In this document: piece by piece, positions 33,783 through 47,191 of the stretch
How positions within the stretch are numbered: position 1 is the first letter of the stretch
Layout of the letters: each line of letters begins with the position of its first letter
DNA from: Deinococcus sp.
GTDB taxonomy: Bacteria; Deinococcota; Deinococci; Deinococcales; Deinococcaceae
Direction of reading: 5' to 3'
Assembly (NCBI GenBank): GCA_965261005.1
Contig: OZ253375.1
Span: forward strand, 2,208,001 to 2,272,000
Length of the DNA: 64,000 nucleotides
The notes under the pieces: model-generated
The model's database searches: none
The model's input: the letters and a program-made list of their open reading frames with translations, nothing else
Told to the model about the DNA's origin: nothing
Translations under genes and position numbers: made by a program

Positions 33783-34908
33783 CCCCAAAAGACAAAAATA
33801 TAGTGGTCGCCTTCGGCACCCGGCCCGAGGCGACCAAAATGGCCCCGGTGATCGCGGCCCTGCGGGCAGAAGCCGGCCTCTGCCCGGTGGTCCTGGTGAC
33901 GGGGCAGCAGCGCCAGCAGCTTGACAGCGCGCTCGCGGTCTTCGGCATCGCCCCCGACGCCGACCTCGACGTGATGACCGAGCGCCAAACGCTGCCGGGC
34001 CTGACCGGGCGCATCATCCCGGCGGCGGCGGCCAAGCTGCGCGAATTGGAAGCCGACATGGTCCTGGTCCACGGCGACACCACCACGACCTTCTGCTTGG
34101 CCTACGCCGCCTTTGTCGAGCAAATTCCCGTGGGGCACGTCGAGGCCGGTCTGCGTAGCGGCTCCCTACGCGAGCCGTTCCCGGAAGAGGCCAACCGCAA
34201 GCTGACGAGCGTCCTGACGACCCTCGACTTCGCCCCGACCGCCCTCAGCAAGACGAACCTGCTGCGCGAGGGGAAGGGCGAGGCGGGCATCTTCGTGACC
34301 GGCCAGACCGCCGTGGACGCCGTGCGGGCCGTGGCCGAGCGCTCGCCGCTGCGGCCGGGGTGGGCCGGCAAGCGCTTGGTCGCCGTGACCATGCACCGCC
34401 GCGAGAACCTGCCGGTGATGGCGGACTTGGCCTGGGCTTTGAAGGAAGTGGCCCTGAACCACCCCGAGCGGCACTTCGTCTACCCGGTCCACCTCAACCC
34501 CGCCGTGCGTGAGGCGGTGTATCCCGCGCTGTCGGGCCTGCCCAACTTCGAGCTTGTGGAACCCCTGGCTTACGACGAAATGGCCGCCCTGATGGCCGCC
34601 TCCGAACTGCTGGTCACCGACTCGGGCGGTCTTCAGGAGGAGGGGGCCAGCCTGGGCGTGCCGGTGGCGGTGCTGCGCAACGTGACCGAGCGCCCCGAGG
34701 GCCTCACGGCCGGGGTGTTGCGCCTGGCCGGCAACGCGCCGGGGGAGGTGACGCGGGTGCTGGAGGACCTGCTTTCCAATGAGGCCGAGCTGGCGGGCAT
34801 GCGCGGGCGCCCCAACCCCTACGGCGACGGCCACGCCGGCGAGCGGGTGGCGCGGGCGGTGGCGTGGCACTTCGGGCTGGCGGGGCGGCCGGGGGACTGG
34901 GAAGCGAG

Positions 34909-34912
<4 letters not shown>
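33779..34912 (+). CDS. wecB: UDP-N-acetylglucosamine 2-epimerase
   Basis: [45 protein letters not shown]. Confidence 0.95.
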
Positions 34913-36304
<1,392 letters not shown>

Positions 36305-36315
<11 letters not shown>

Positions 36316-37411
36316 GCTGCCCGCCCTTGCCCCTGGCGTAGGTCCGGCCCTTCCAGCTGTAGGTTTTCCCCAGCGCCCGCAGGTACACCGGCAAGGTCGC
36401 CAGCGGTGTCAGGGGGGTCAGCGGCACCTCGGCGAGGTCGGCCCAGGAGGTGCGCCCGGTCTTGAAATTGACCAGCAGCCGTTCCAGCAGGGTCAGCAGG
36501 GCCAAGCGGCGCCACCTCGGGAAGCGCCAGCCCAGCAGCCACGGCAGGCTGTAGGCCAGCAGATGCCAAACCCACGACAAGACCAGCAGCGCCCGCACGT
36601 CGCCGTGCGCGGCCGGCAAGCTCTTGGCGAAGCCGGCCACCGACTCCGGGTAGTTGCGGTAGAGCCGCACGTGGGCGAGGTCGCCGCCCAGCGCGACCGC
36701 CAAGCGCGCGCCGCGCGCCTTGAGCTTGGCGGCGAGGCGCACGTCCTCCAGCACCTCGCCCCGCACCAAGCGGTGCCCCCCCGCGCGGCGATAGCGCGCC
36801 GCCCAAAAGGCCATCAGTTGTCCGCTGCCCGCCGACGCGGACGCGAAGGGCAGCCGGATGAGGGGGGCCGGCAGCAGCGAGAGCAGCACGTCGTCGGCGA
36901 GCGGCGCGACCAGCCGCTCGCCGGGGGAGCGGGCCTCTTGGCGGGGCCAGACCGACAGCAGATCGGCCCCTGAGCGGGTCAGCTCCCCCAACACCGCCCC
37001 GAGGGCGCCGGGCTGCCAGCACACGTCGGCGTCGCTGAAAATCAGCACGTCGCCGCGCGCAACCCCGGCCAGCTGATGGCAGGCCCACGGCTTGCCCAGC
37101 CAGCCTGCCGGCAGGGGCCGCCCTTCAATCACCCGCGCGCCGAGGTCGCGGGCGATCTTGGCGGTGGCGTCCCTTGACCCGTCGTCCAGCACGATCACCT
37201 CGAAGGCGCCCTGTGCCAGCAGCGTGGGCAGCGTGCGCGGCAGGTTGTGCGCCTCGTCGCGGGCGGGGACCAGAATGGAGGCGCGAGGCCACCCCGGTAT
37301 GGGGGCGGACCGGAGCACCGGAAAGGTCAGCAAATTCACGGCCAGCGTGCCCAACTTATACAGCAAGAAGCCCAGGATCAGGGTGTGCAAATTGGGGGGG
37401 CGCAGCTTCAC
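36305..37411 (-). CDS. cruC: GT2 glycosyltransferase, carotenoid glycosyltransferase (CruC-like)
   Basis: [33 protein letters not shown]; operon context. Confidence 0.8.
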
Positions 37412-38058
37412 ATGCGCTCCCAAGCGTCCAGCAACCGGCCCAGCGCCCAACCGGCTCGGGCGGCCTTTTCCGAGGCGCTGGCCGCCCCGCGCGTCAGGCG
37501 CAGGTAGCCGGGCAGGGGGGCTTCGGGATCGTCCGCCGCCAAGTCGGCGTCGAGGGCGGCCAGCACGCCGGCCAGGTCCCCCGCCAAGTCCCCGGTGAAG
37601 CGGCCAATTCTCAGGTACGCCTCGGGGTGTTCCTGACCGCGCAGCACCACGCGCAGGGCGACCGGCACGAGGGGCACGTTCGCCGCGCGGGCCAGCCACT
37701 CGGCGCCGGGGCGCAGCGGTCCCAGCCTGCCCGGCGCGTTCAGGTGGCCCTCGGGAAAGACCCACAGCCACTCGCTCCCGGCCCGCCTGAGCGCCGGGCG
37801 CAACTCCCCCGCGCCCAGCACGCCCAGGCTGCGAAAAAATGGAAAGCGCGCCAACTGAACCTCGTCCATCAGCACGTTGATCCGCTGCCCACAGGACCAG
37901 CTCACCTCGCCCAGCACGTAGCCGTCCCACCAGGAGTGGTGGTTGGGGGCCAGGACCGCGCCGCCCTGTGGCAGCCCGCCGCGCAGCCACACCCCGCGCA
38001 GCTCGCGCCGCACGCTGCGGCGGATCAGCGCGCGAAGGCCAGCCGCGACGAGGTCCAC
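37408..38058 (-). CDS. cruD: PlsC-family acyltransferase (carotenoid glycoside acyltransferase, CruD-like)
   Basis: PNHHSWWDG and WVFPEG motifs; operon context. Confidence 0.78.
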   Translation of the reverse strand: MDLVAAGLRALIRRSVRRELRGVWLRGGLPQGGAVLAPNHHSWWDGYVLGEVSWSCGQRINVLMDEVQLARFPFFRSLGVLGAGELRPALRRAGSEWLWVFPEGHLNAPGRLGPLRPGAEWLARAANVPLVPVALRVVLRGQEHPEAYLRIGRFTGDLAGDLAGVLAALDADLAADDPEAPLPGYLRLTRGAASASEKAARAGWALGRLLDAWERM

Positions 38059-39470
38059 GCCACCCCCCCCATCGCCAGGAACGTCACCAGCGCGGCGGGC
38101 CACAGGCCCAGCAGCAGCAGGCCGGCGGGCAGCATCAGGGCTTCCACCCGGTAGGCCCAGGCCCAGCCCGCCGGCGGCCGGGCCAACTCCGGGGCGAGGC
38201 GCGCGATCAGCCATCCCAGCAAGCTGCCCACCACGAACCAGCCGAGGAAGTTGGTCAGCGGCACGCCGTAGTAAATACCCCCGGCGCCGCCCCAGGCCCA
38301 AAAGCCGCGCGCCGTCATCAGCGGCTCCATGCCGAAGTCGAGCGCGACCATCATGGCGCCGACCCAGAGGGGTCGCCCGCCCGTCAGGGCCACCGCCGCC
38401 GCCGTGATCCACCACCAGCCCAGCGGCACCAGCAGGGGAACGCCCAGCAGCGTCGGGCCGGGCGGGTCATAGCTGTAGTGGCCGAAGGGAAAGCCGGTGC
38501 GGCTGCCCAGCACCTCGACGCCGAGGCCGATGCCAAAGGCCAGGGCCGCCAGCCCCAAAGCGCGCACCCCGACGCGCTCCCAGGCCCACGCCAGAGCGGC
38601 CAGCGCGATGCACAAGGTCGAGAGCGTCGCCAGCCAAGGGAAGGCGGCCGGCCACAGCGGTACCGGAACGCGGACCAACACCGAGAGGCCGAGGAGGGCC
38701 ATCCAGGGCCGGACCGCGCGCCGTAATTGTCCTATTCGCTCCAGCGCGACCGGGTGCAGAAACAGCAGCAGCCCGGTCACGACCAGCAAGTTGGTGATGA
38801 AAAAGAAGACGGCCTCCTCCAGCGGCAGCCCGAACAAATTCAGCCCCGTCGTGTAACGCGCCGAGATGCCCCAGATGCCCGCCCGGATGGCGAAGAGGTC
38901 GGTCCCCCACAGGTATAGGGTGGGCGGCAGCAGCGCCAGCCAAAAGGTGCGCGCGCTGCCCAGCACCAGGTCGCCCCCAAAGGCCCACTGCGCCGCCAGC
39001 ACCGGGCAGGCCCACGCCAGGATCAGCCCCAGGTAAAAGGTCGGCTCAGTTCTCAGCATCAGCGCGCCGGCAAAGGAAAGGCCCAGCAGCAGCGCCGCCC
39101 CACCCCAGCGCGTGAGCGGGGAGGCCACCCTGGGCGGTCCCCCCCGCCGCAGCCAGAAGTACAGCCACAGCCCCGCGATCAGCGTTTGCAGGATAAAAAA
39201 GGCGTACTCCTCGAAGGGCACGTAGCCGATTCGCCCCAGCACCCGCTCGGGCGGGTAGTTCCAAACCGCCTTGTAGACCAGGTAGTTGTCCCACGGCGTC
39301 GTGTAGATCAGCGAGATCAGCGGCAGCAGCCAGAAAAAGCCCCAGGCCCAGCGGTTCTGAGGTCGGTAGGCGCCCGCCGCCGGCGAGGAGCGCGTCTCGC
39401 GCCAGGTAATGAACACCAGCAGCGCCAGGAGAGGCAGCACGAAGACGAGGTGGAACTGGAGGTAGGTCAT
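38025..39470 (-). CDS. Fusion of CrtYc/d-type lycopene cyclase domains and CruF carotenoid 1',2'-hydratase
   Basis: YTTPWDNYL...VPFEEYAFF and D..AIR.GIW...LPLEEAVFF (two cyclase repeats); E.LG..TGFPFG.YSY, GVPL..PLGW, D..MEP, YGVPL.NF.GW (CruF). Confidence 0.82.
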   Translation of the reverse strand: MTYLQFHLVFVLPLLALLVFITWRETRSSPAAGAYRPQNRWAWGFFWLLPLISLIYTTPWDNYLVYKAVWNYPPERVLGRIGYVPFEEYAFFILQTLIAGLWLYFWLRRGGPPRVASPLTRWGGAALLLGLSFAGALMLRTEPTFYLGLILAWACPVLAAQWAFGGDLVLGSARTFWLALLPPTLYLWGTDLFAIRAGIWGISARYTTGLNLFGLPLEEAVFFFITNLLVVTGLLLFLHPVALERIGQLRRAVRPWMALLGLSVLVRVPVPLWPAAFPWLATLSTLCIALAALAWAWERVGVRALGLAALAFGIGLGVEVLGSRTGFPFGHYSYDPPGPTLLGVPLLVPLGWWWITAAAVALTGGRPLWVGAMMVALDFGMEPLMTARGFWAWGGAGGIYYGVPLTNFLGWFVVGSLLGWLIARLAPELARPPAGWAWAYRVEALMLPAGLLLLGLWPAALVTFLAMGGVAWTSSRLAFAR

Positions 39471-39509
39471 GCGGTTGGAGCGTGGGAACGGCGCACGGCG
39501 CTTCGCCTA

Positions 39510-39547
39510 CCCTCCCTCCCAACCTCCCCCCGCAAGGGGGGGAGGGG
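39510..39547 (+). repeat. REP-like GCAA-loop hairpin repeat (copy 2)
   Basis: ccctccctcccaa-cctcccccc-GCAA-gggggggagggg between crtO and the cyclase gene. Confidence 0.6.
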
Positions 39548-39567
39548 CCATGCGGGCACTATCGCTC

Positions 39568-41106
<1,539 letters not shown>

Positions 41107-41395
41107 AAGTTCCTCCGCTGCGGGCAGTCTAGCGGCGCGGCGTGAGGGGCGAACGTGCCATATCCGGCAGATGGGGCGGGGTCCAGAATGCTCAGCCTCT
41201 ATGGTTTTTAGGAGGGCTGTGATTTTTAGGAGAGCTGTTGGAATTTCAGCCCTCCCATTTTCTGACCCCTGCCGCACGGCGCTTTGTGGTCTTGGCCGCC
41301 CTAAAAGTTTTCGCGCTCCCCAAGCTTCGCGCCGCCGTGTATTAGGCTGGGCCATTGCCGCGCCGCTCACCGTGGCGTGGCCGGAGGGAATTTCT

Positions 41396-42631
41396 ATGCG
41401 AACCTACTACACCTCGGAATCGGTGTCCGAAGGGCACCCGGATAAGCTGGCCGACTTCATCTCCGACAGCATTCTGGACGAGTTTCTGCGCCAGGAGCCG
41501 AGCGCGCGGGTCGCCTGCGAGACGCTGGTCACGACCGGCATGGCGGTGGTGGCCGGCGAGGTGACAGCCCAGCACGCCCACGTGGACGTGCAAAAGGTGG
41601 TGCGCGAGGCGGTCAAGCAGGTGGGCTACACCCAGGCCAACTACGGCTTCGACGCCGAGTACAGCGCGGTGCTGGTGAGCCTACACGAGCAGAGCGCCGA
41701 CATCGCCTCCGGCGTCAACGAATCCGAGGAGTGGCGCGCCCTGAGCGAGTCTGAGCGCGCCCTCCCCGAACACCGCTTCAGCCACGTTGGCGCGGGGGAC
41801 CAGGGCTTGATGTTCGGCTACGCGACCGACGAGACGCCCGAATTGATGCCGCTGCCGATCACGCTGGCGCACGGCCTGACCCGCCGCATCGCCGAGCTGA
41901 GAAAAAGCGGCGAGCTGCCCTACCTGCGCCCCGACGCCAAGGCCCAGGTGACGGTGGTGCGCGAGGATGAGACCGGGTCTACTCAGGACCTGTGGGTGGA
42001 CACCGTCGTGATTTCGGTGCAGCACGACGAGAACGTGTCGCAGGAGAAGATTCGCGCCGACATGACCCTGCGCGTGATTGGGAGCGTTATTCCCGCAGAA
42101 TTGCTGCGGGAGGGAACCAAGTTCTTTATCAACCCGTCGGGCCAGTTCGTGATCGGCGGGCCGCACGGCGACACCGGCCTGACCGGGCGCAAGATCATCG
42201 TGGACACCTACGGGGGCGCGGTGCCGCACGGCGGGGGCGCCTTCAGCGGCAAGGACCCGACCAAGGTGGACCGCTCGGGCGCCTACTACGCGCGCTACAT
42301 CGCCAAGAACTTGGTCGCGGCGAGCTTGGCGAAAAAAGCTTTGGTCGAGATCGCCTACGCCATCGGCCGCGCCCACCCGGTGTCCATGCGGGTGGACAGC
42401 TTTGGCACCGGGGCGGTGAGTGATGAGCGGCTGGCCGAGTTGGTGGGCCAACACTTCGACGCGCGCCCGCAGGCCATCATCGAGAACCTCGATTTGCTGC
42501 GCCCCATCTACGCCCGGACGGCCGCCTACGGCCACTTCGGGCGCCCCGAGTTTCCGTGGGAGCGGACCGACAAGGTGGAGGCGCTGCGCTCGGCAATAGG
42601 CGCGGCTGTGGACGCGGTTGTTACGCCTTGA
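41396..42631 (+). CDS. metK: S-adenosylmethionine synthetase
   Basis: [31 protein letters not shown]. Confidence 0.98.
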   Translation: MRTYYTSESVSEGHPDKLADFISDSILDEFLRQEPSARVACETLVTTGMAVVAGEVTAQHAHVDVQKVVREAVKQVGYTQANYGFDAEYSAVLVSLHEQSADIASGVNESEEWRALSESERALPEHRFSHVGAGDQGLMFGYATDETPELMPLPITLAHGLTRRIAELRKSGELPYLRPDAKAQVTVVREDETGSTQDLWVDTVVISVQHDENVSQEKIRADMTLRVIGSVIPAELLREGTKFFINPSGQFVIGGPHGDTGLTGRKIIVDTYGGAVPHGGGAFSGKDPTKVDRSGAYYARYIAKNLVAASLAKKALVEIAYAIGRAHPVSMRVDSFGTGAVSDERLAELVGQHFDARPQAIIENLDLLRPIYARTAAYGHFGRPEFPWERTDKVEALRSAIGAAVDAVVTP

Positions 42632-42637
42632 ACAGAA
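42621..42637. promoter_or_regulatory. Putative RDRM (DdrO operator) upstream of ppk1
   Basis: TTACGCCTTGAACAGAA fits all RDRM consensus positions; followed by TTGCCC (42639) and TAGGCT (42664). Confidence 0.6.
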
Positions 42638-42704
42638 GTTGCCCCTTTTCATGTCCGCTCGGGTAGGCTCAGGACATCCCTTCGCCCCTCAACGGAGCCA
42701 TCAC

Positions 42705-44729
42705 GTGACCAGCCCTGCCAGCCCCGCCTATCCCGCCCTGCCCGAAAGCGCCTTTCTGAACCGAGAGGTGTCCTGGCTCGCCTTCAACGAGCGCGTGCTG
42801 TTTGAAGCCCAGGACGAGCGCAATCCCCTCCTAGAGCGGCTCAAGTTCGCCTCCATCGCGGGCAGCAACCTCGACGAGTTCTTCATGGTGCGGGTGGCTG
42901 GCATTCACCGCCAGATCGCGGCGGGCGTGACCCTGAAAAGTCCCGACGGCCTGACGCCCACGGAGGCCCTCGCGCAGGTGCGGGTACGGGCGCGCGAGAT
43001 GCTGCGCAAGACTGAACGGGTTCTCAGCGCCATCCTACGCCAACTGCGCGAGGCGGGCGTCAAGCTGACCCGGGTGCGCGACCTGAGCGCGCGGGCAAGG
43101 GCCAAGCTGCGCGAAATGTATCTGGCGCAGATTCAGCCGGTCCTGACCCCGCTGGCGGTGGACCCCAGCCACCCCTTTCCGTACCTCTCGAACCTCAGCC
43201 TGAATCTGGCCGTCACGCTGGCGGACGGCGAGGAAAGCGACTTCGCCAGGGTCAAGGTGCCGGTGGGCGTATTGCCGCGCGTGGTGGAGCTGGGGGGGCA
43301 ATACTTGCTGCTGGAGGACGTGATCGCCGCCCACCTGCCGGACCTGTTTCGCGGGCGCACGGTGCTCCAGAGCCACGTCTTCCGGGTCACGCGCAACACC
43401 GACTACGAGTTCGAGGAGGAGGAGGCCGAGGACCTGCTCCAGACCATCGAGGAGGGCTTGCGCCGGCGCCGCTTCGGGGCCGCCGTGCGGCTGGAGATCA
43501 CCCGCGACATGCCGCAGGGCGTGCGCGATCTGCTGCGCGACAAGCTGCGGGTCGCCCCCGACGACGTGTTCGAGCTGGGCGGCCCGCTGGGCGCGGCGGA
43601 CTTCATCACCTGGGACCTTCCCCGGCCGGATTTGGCCTACCCGCCCTTCGCCCCGCACGTGCCCGATTTGGAGGGCGATGAGGAGGACATCTTTACCACC
43701 CTGCGCCGGGGGGACGTGCTGCTGCACCACCCCTACGACAGCTTTGAGGGCGTGCTGCGCTTTCTGGAGACGGCGGCGGCCGACCCGGACGTGCTGGCGA
43801 TCAAGCAGACCCTGTACCGCACCGGGGGTGACGAGCGGCTCTTCAACGTCCTCAAGAGCGCCGCCGAGCGCGGCAAGCAGGTGGTGGCCCTGATCGAACT
43901 CAAGGCCCGCTTCGACGAGCAGCGCAACATCGCCTGGGCGCGCGCCCTGGAGCGCGCCGGGGCGCACGTCGTCTACGGCCTGACCGGTCTCAAGACCCAC
44001 GCCAAGGTGACGCTGGTGGTGCGGCGCGAGGGGGGCGAGCTGCGGCGCTACACCCACGTCGGCACCGGCAACTACAACCCGCGCACCGCGCGCTTATATA
44101 CCGACTTCAGCTTGCTCACGAGTGACGCCGACATCGGCGAGGACGTCAGCCACCTGTTCAACCACCTGACCGGCTACGCCGAGGCCGAGTACCACACCCT
44201 GCTGGTCGCCCCCGACACGGCCCGCGAGCAATTGGAGGCGCTGATCCAGGGTGAGATCGAGCGTGCGGAGAAGGGCCAGCCCGCCTGGATCAAGGCCAAG
44301 ATGAACCAGCTGAGCGACCCCGGCATGATCGCCGCCCTCTACCGCGCCTCGCGGGCGGGCGTGCGGGTGGACCTCCTCGTGCGCGGGGTGTGCTGCCTGC
44401 GTCCCGGCGTGCCGGGCCTGTCGGAGACCATCACGGTCCGCAGCCTGCTGGGGCGCTTTCTGGAACACGCCCGCCTGTACGCCTTTGCGGGGGGCGGCGT
44501 CTACTTCGGCAGCGCCGACCTGATGAGCCGCAACCTCAACCGCCGCGTCGAGGTGATCGCCCCGGCCTGCGGCGAGGCGTACCAGGAGCGGCTGCTCGCC
44601 GTCTTCGCCACCGAGTGGGCCGACCAGCGCGGCAGTTGGCAGCTGAACGAGAACGGCAGCTACAGCAAGCTGGGGGGGGACTTCAGCGCGCAGGGGGCGT
44701 TTATGCGCGGGGAGTACGTGGAACCGTGA
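42705..44729 (+). CDS. ppk1: Polyphosphate kinase 1
   Basis: NREVSWLAFNERVL, NLDEFFMVRVAG, HPFP, HHPY.SF, ELKARFDE, KTHAK, GTGNYN, GSADLM.RNL.RRVE. Confidence 0.97.
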   Translation: MTSPASPAYPALPESAFLNREVSWLAFNERVLFEAQDERNPLLERLKFASIAGSNLDEFFMVRVAGIHRQIAAGVTLKSPDGLTPTEALAQVRVRAREMLRKTERVLSAILRQLREAGVKLTRVRDLSARARAKLREMYLAQIQPVLTPLAVDPSHPFPYLSNLSLNLAVTLADGEESDFARVKVPVGVLPRVVELGGQYLLLEDVIAAHLPDLFRGRTVLQSHVFRVTRNTDYEFEEEEAEDLLQTIEEGLRRRRFGAAVRLEITRDMPQGVRDLLRDKLRVAPDDVFELGGPLGAADFITWDLPRPDLAYPPFAPHVPDLEGDEEDIFTTLRRGDVLLHHPYDSFEGVLRFLETAAADPDVLAIKQTLYRTGGDERLFNVLKSAAERGKQVVALIELKARFDEQRNIAWARALERAGAHVVYGLTGLKTHAKVTLVVRREGGELRRYTHVGTGNYNPRTARLYTDFSLLTSDADIGEDVSHLFNHLTGYAEAEYHTLLVAPDTAREQLEALIQGEIERAEKGQPAWIKAKMNQLSDPGMIAALYRASRAGVRVDLLVRGVCCLRPGVPGLSETITVRSLLGRFLEHARLYAFAGGGVYFGSADLMSRNLNRRVEVIAPACGEAYQERLLAVFATEWADQRGSWQLNENGSYSKLGGDFSAQGAFMRGEYVEP

Positions 44730-45310
44730 GCGCCCCGAACCTGAAGCCGATGAGCGTCGAGGAGTACCTGCGCACCGAGGAGGCCAGCCCCATCAAGCGT
44801 GAGTACGTGGGCGGCTTCGTGTACCCGCTGCATGGCGCGACCAGAGGGCAGGCCGGGGCCAGCCGCGCCCACATCGTCATCGTCAGCAACATCGTTCGTG
44901 CGCTCGGGGACGCCGCAGACGCGCGGGGCTGCTACCTCTACACCTCAGAAATGAAGCTCTTCATCGAGGGGGCCAGCGCCTTTTACTACCCCGACGTGAT
45001 GCTGGTCTGCGACCCGGCCGACGAGAACCCGGAGACGATGTACGAAACGGCGCCCTGCCTGCTCATCGAGGTCGCTTCCAAAAGCACGGCCCGCAACGAC
45101 CGCCTCGCCAAATACATGGCCTACACCGCCCTGCCCACCTTGCAAACCTACCTGATCGTGGAACAGACCGAGCGGCGCATCTACGCCTATGAACGCGAGG
45201 GCCAGAGCTGGAAACTGCGCGAGCTGATCGGCGGCGGCAGCGCCCCCGTGCCCTGCCTGAATCGCAGCTTGAGCTTGGACGAGGTGTATAGGAACGTCGC
45301 ACTGGCATGA
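44726..45310 (+). CDS. Uma2-family (PD-(D/E)xK) endonuclease
   Basis: EYVGG, YYPDVMLVC, LIEVASKST..ND..K...Y; GTGA overlap with ppk1. Confidence 0.9.
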   Translation: MSAPNLKPMSVEEYLRTEEASPIKREYVGGFVYPLHGATRGQAGASRAHIVIVSNIVRALGDAADARGCYLYTSEMKLFIEGASAFYYPDVMLVCDPADENPETMYETAPCLLIEVASKSTARNDRLAKYMAYTALPTLQTYLIVEQTERRIYAYEREGQSWKLRELIGGGSAPVPCLNRSLSLDEVYRNVALA

Positions 45311-45347
45311 AGAGCTTGCAAAGCGCGCTTGTGCAAAGCTGAGCAAC

Positions 45348-45893
45348 ATGCTTGACTTCATCTCGCTCAGCAAAACGGTTTCCCATGCGCTGCGGCACGA
45401 GCCTTGGCTGTACGAGCTTGAACTCGACGATCAAGGTTGGGTGCCAATTGAGGCGCTTCTTCGGGCGCTCGGTGATGAGCGCACCACGTGGAAAAACCTT
45501 ACGCCGAATGACCTCGCCAGCATGATCGAGCGTTCCGAGAAGAAACGCCACGAGATTCGGGACGGCAAGATTCGCGCTGCCTACGGGCACTCGACGCCGC
45601 AGCGGCTGTTGCGCGAACCGGCCGAGCCGCCCACGGTGCTGTACCACGGCACTGCCCCAGAAACGGCGGAAATTATCAAGACTGAAGGTTTGCGCCCGAT
45701 GGGCCGACAGTATGTCCATCTTTCCGCCGATCTTGCGACGGCCCAGCAGGTCGGGTCCCGCAAGGCGAAGAAGCCTATTGTTCTGACGGTCCAAGCAAAG
45801 GCTGCCCACGCCGCCGGCGTCGCCTTTTATCGCGGCGGCGAATTGGTGTGGTTGGCCGACGTAGTACCTCCCGCTTATATAAGCGCCCTTTAA
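45348..45893 (+). CDS. kptA: RNA 2'-phosphotransferase Tpt1/KptA
   Basis: LSK..S..LRH, KKRHE, IRAAYGHS, LYHGT, RQYVHLS, VWLAD.VP. Confidence 0.95.
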   Translation: MLDFISLSKTVSHALRHEPWLYELELDDQGWVPIEALLRALGDERTTWKNLTPNDLASMIERSEKKRHEIRDGKIRAAYGHSTPQRLLREPAEPPTVLYHGTAPETAEIIKTEGLRPMGRQYVHLSADLATAQQVGSRKAKKPIVLTVQAKAAHAAGVAFYRGGELVWLADVVPPAYISAL

Positions 45894-47179
45894 CTTCCGG
45901 CCGCCCCTTCAACCGCCCGCCCCAGCGTCTCCAACCCCTCCTCCAACTCCTCCTCATTGGCATTCAGCGGCGGCAGCAGTCGGATCACGTTCTTGTGCGG
46001 GCCGCACCTGAGCAGCAGCAGGCCCAGGTCGCGGGCGCGCTCGACGATGGCGGCGGCTAAATCGGGGTCGGGGGCGCGCGAATCGCCGTCCTTGACAAAT
46101 TCGAGGGCCAGCATGGCGCCCAGGCCGCGCACGTCGCCAATGTTGGCGGGGAAGCGTTGTTGTAAGTCGAGCAGGCCGGCGCGCAGCAGTTCCCCTTGCC
46201 GCACGGCTTGCTCCAGCAAATCTTCCTCTTCAAAGATGTCCAGCACCGCGAGGGCGGCGGCGCAGCCAAGGGGATTGCCGGCGTAGGTGCCGCCCAGGCC
46301 ACCGGGGGCGCTGGCGTCCATCAGGTCGGCCCGGCCGATCACGCCCGCTAGGGGCAAGCCCGCCGCCAAGCTCTTGGCGACCGTGACGAGGTCGGGCCGA
46401 ATGCCCGCGTGCTGGTAGGCGAACATCTTCCCGGTGCGCCCAAAGCCGCATTGAATCTCGTCGGCGATCAGGACGATACCGTGCCGCTCGGTCAGGTCAC
46501 GCAGGGCGCGCAGGTACTCGGGCGGGGCTGGGATGAAGCCGCCCTCGCCCAGCTGCGGCTCGATGATGACGGCGGCGACCCGCTCTGGGGCGAGCTGGGT
46601 GTCGAGCAGTTCGTGCAGCGCCTCCAGCGCGCGCTCCCAGGGCCAGCCGTGGGAGGCGTCGGGGTACGGCGCGTGGTAGACCTCCGGCGCGAAGGGGCCG
46701 AAGTTCTGGCGGTACTTGGCGGAGGAGGCGGTCAGGCTCATGCCCAGCAGCGTGCGCCCGTGAAACCCGCCCTGAAAGGCGATCACGGCGGGCCGCCCGG
46801 TGGCGGCGCGGGCGATCTTGACGGCGTTCTCGGTCGCCTCGGCGCCGGTGGAGACCAGCAGGGTCTTGTTGGGGCCGCCGGTCTCTACCAAGTCGCCCAG
46901 CCGCCTAGCAAGCTGCAAATACCCCGCGTAGGGCGCCACCTGAAAGCACATGTGGGTCAGCTGCCCGGCCTGCTCGCGCACCGCCCCCACCACCTTTGGG
47001 TGGTTGTGCCCCACGTTCAGCACGCCGATGCCGCCCACGAAGTCCAGGTACGTCCGCCCCGCCTCGTCCCACACCCGCGTCCCCTGCGCCCGCGCGACGA
47101 CGACGGGATGCGCCACGGCCACGCCGCGCGGTACGAACTGGTGCAAGTCTTGGGTCGGCGTCTGCGTCCGGGTGGTCAT
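45890..47179 (-). CDS. gabT: 4-aminobutyrate aminotransferase (class III)
   Basis: DFVGGIGVLNVGH, TGAEATENAVK, FHGRT, IADEIQCGFGRTG, AKSLA, LGGTYAGNP. Confidence 0.92.
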   Translation of the reverse strand: MTTRTQTPTQDLHQFVPRGVAVAHPVVVARAQGTRVWDEAGRTYLDFVGGIGVLNVGHNHPKVVGAVREQAGQLTHMCFQVAPYAGYLQLARRLGDLVETGGPNKTLLVSTGAEATENAVKIARAATGRPAVIAFQGGFHGRTLLGMSLTASSAKYRQNFGPFAPEVYHAPYPDASHGWPWERALEALHELLDTQLAPERVAAVIIEPQLGEGGFIPAPPEYLRALRDLTERHGIVLIADEIQCGFGRTGKMFAYQHAGIRPDLVTVAKSLAAGLPLAGVIGRADLMDASAPGGLGGTYAGNPLGCAAALAVLDIFEEEDLLEQAVRQGELLRAGLLDLQQRFPANIGDVRGLGAMLALEFVKDGDSRAPDPDLAAAIVERARDLGLLLLRCGPHKNVIRLLPPLNANEEELEEGLETLGRAVEGAAGS

Positions 47180-47191
47180 GGCGCGCTCCTT

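Noticed and set aside
41140..41395. SAM-I (S-box) riboswitch upstream of metK
   Set aside because: No AUC..AGA / GCAACC / GUGC core or terminator; the leader is too short
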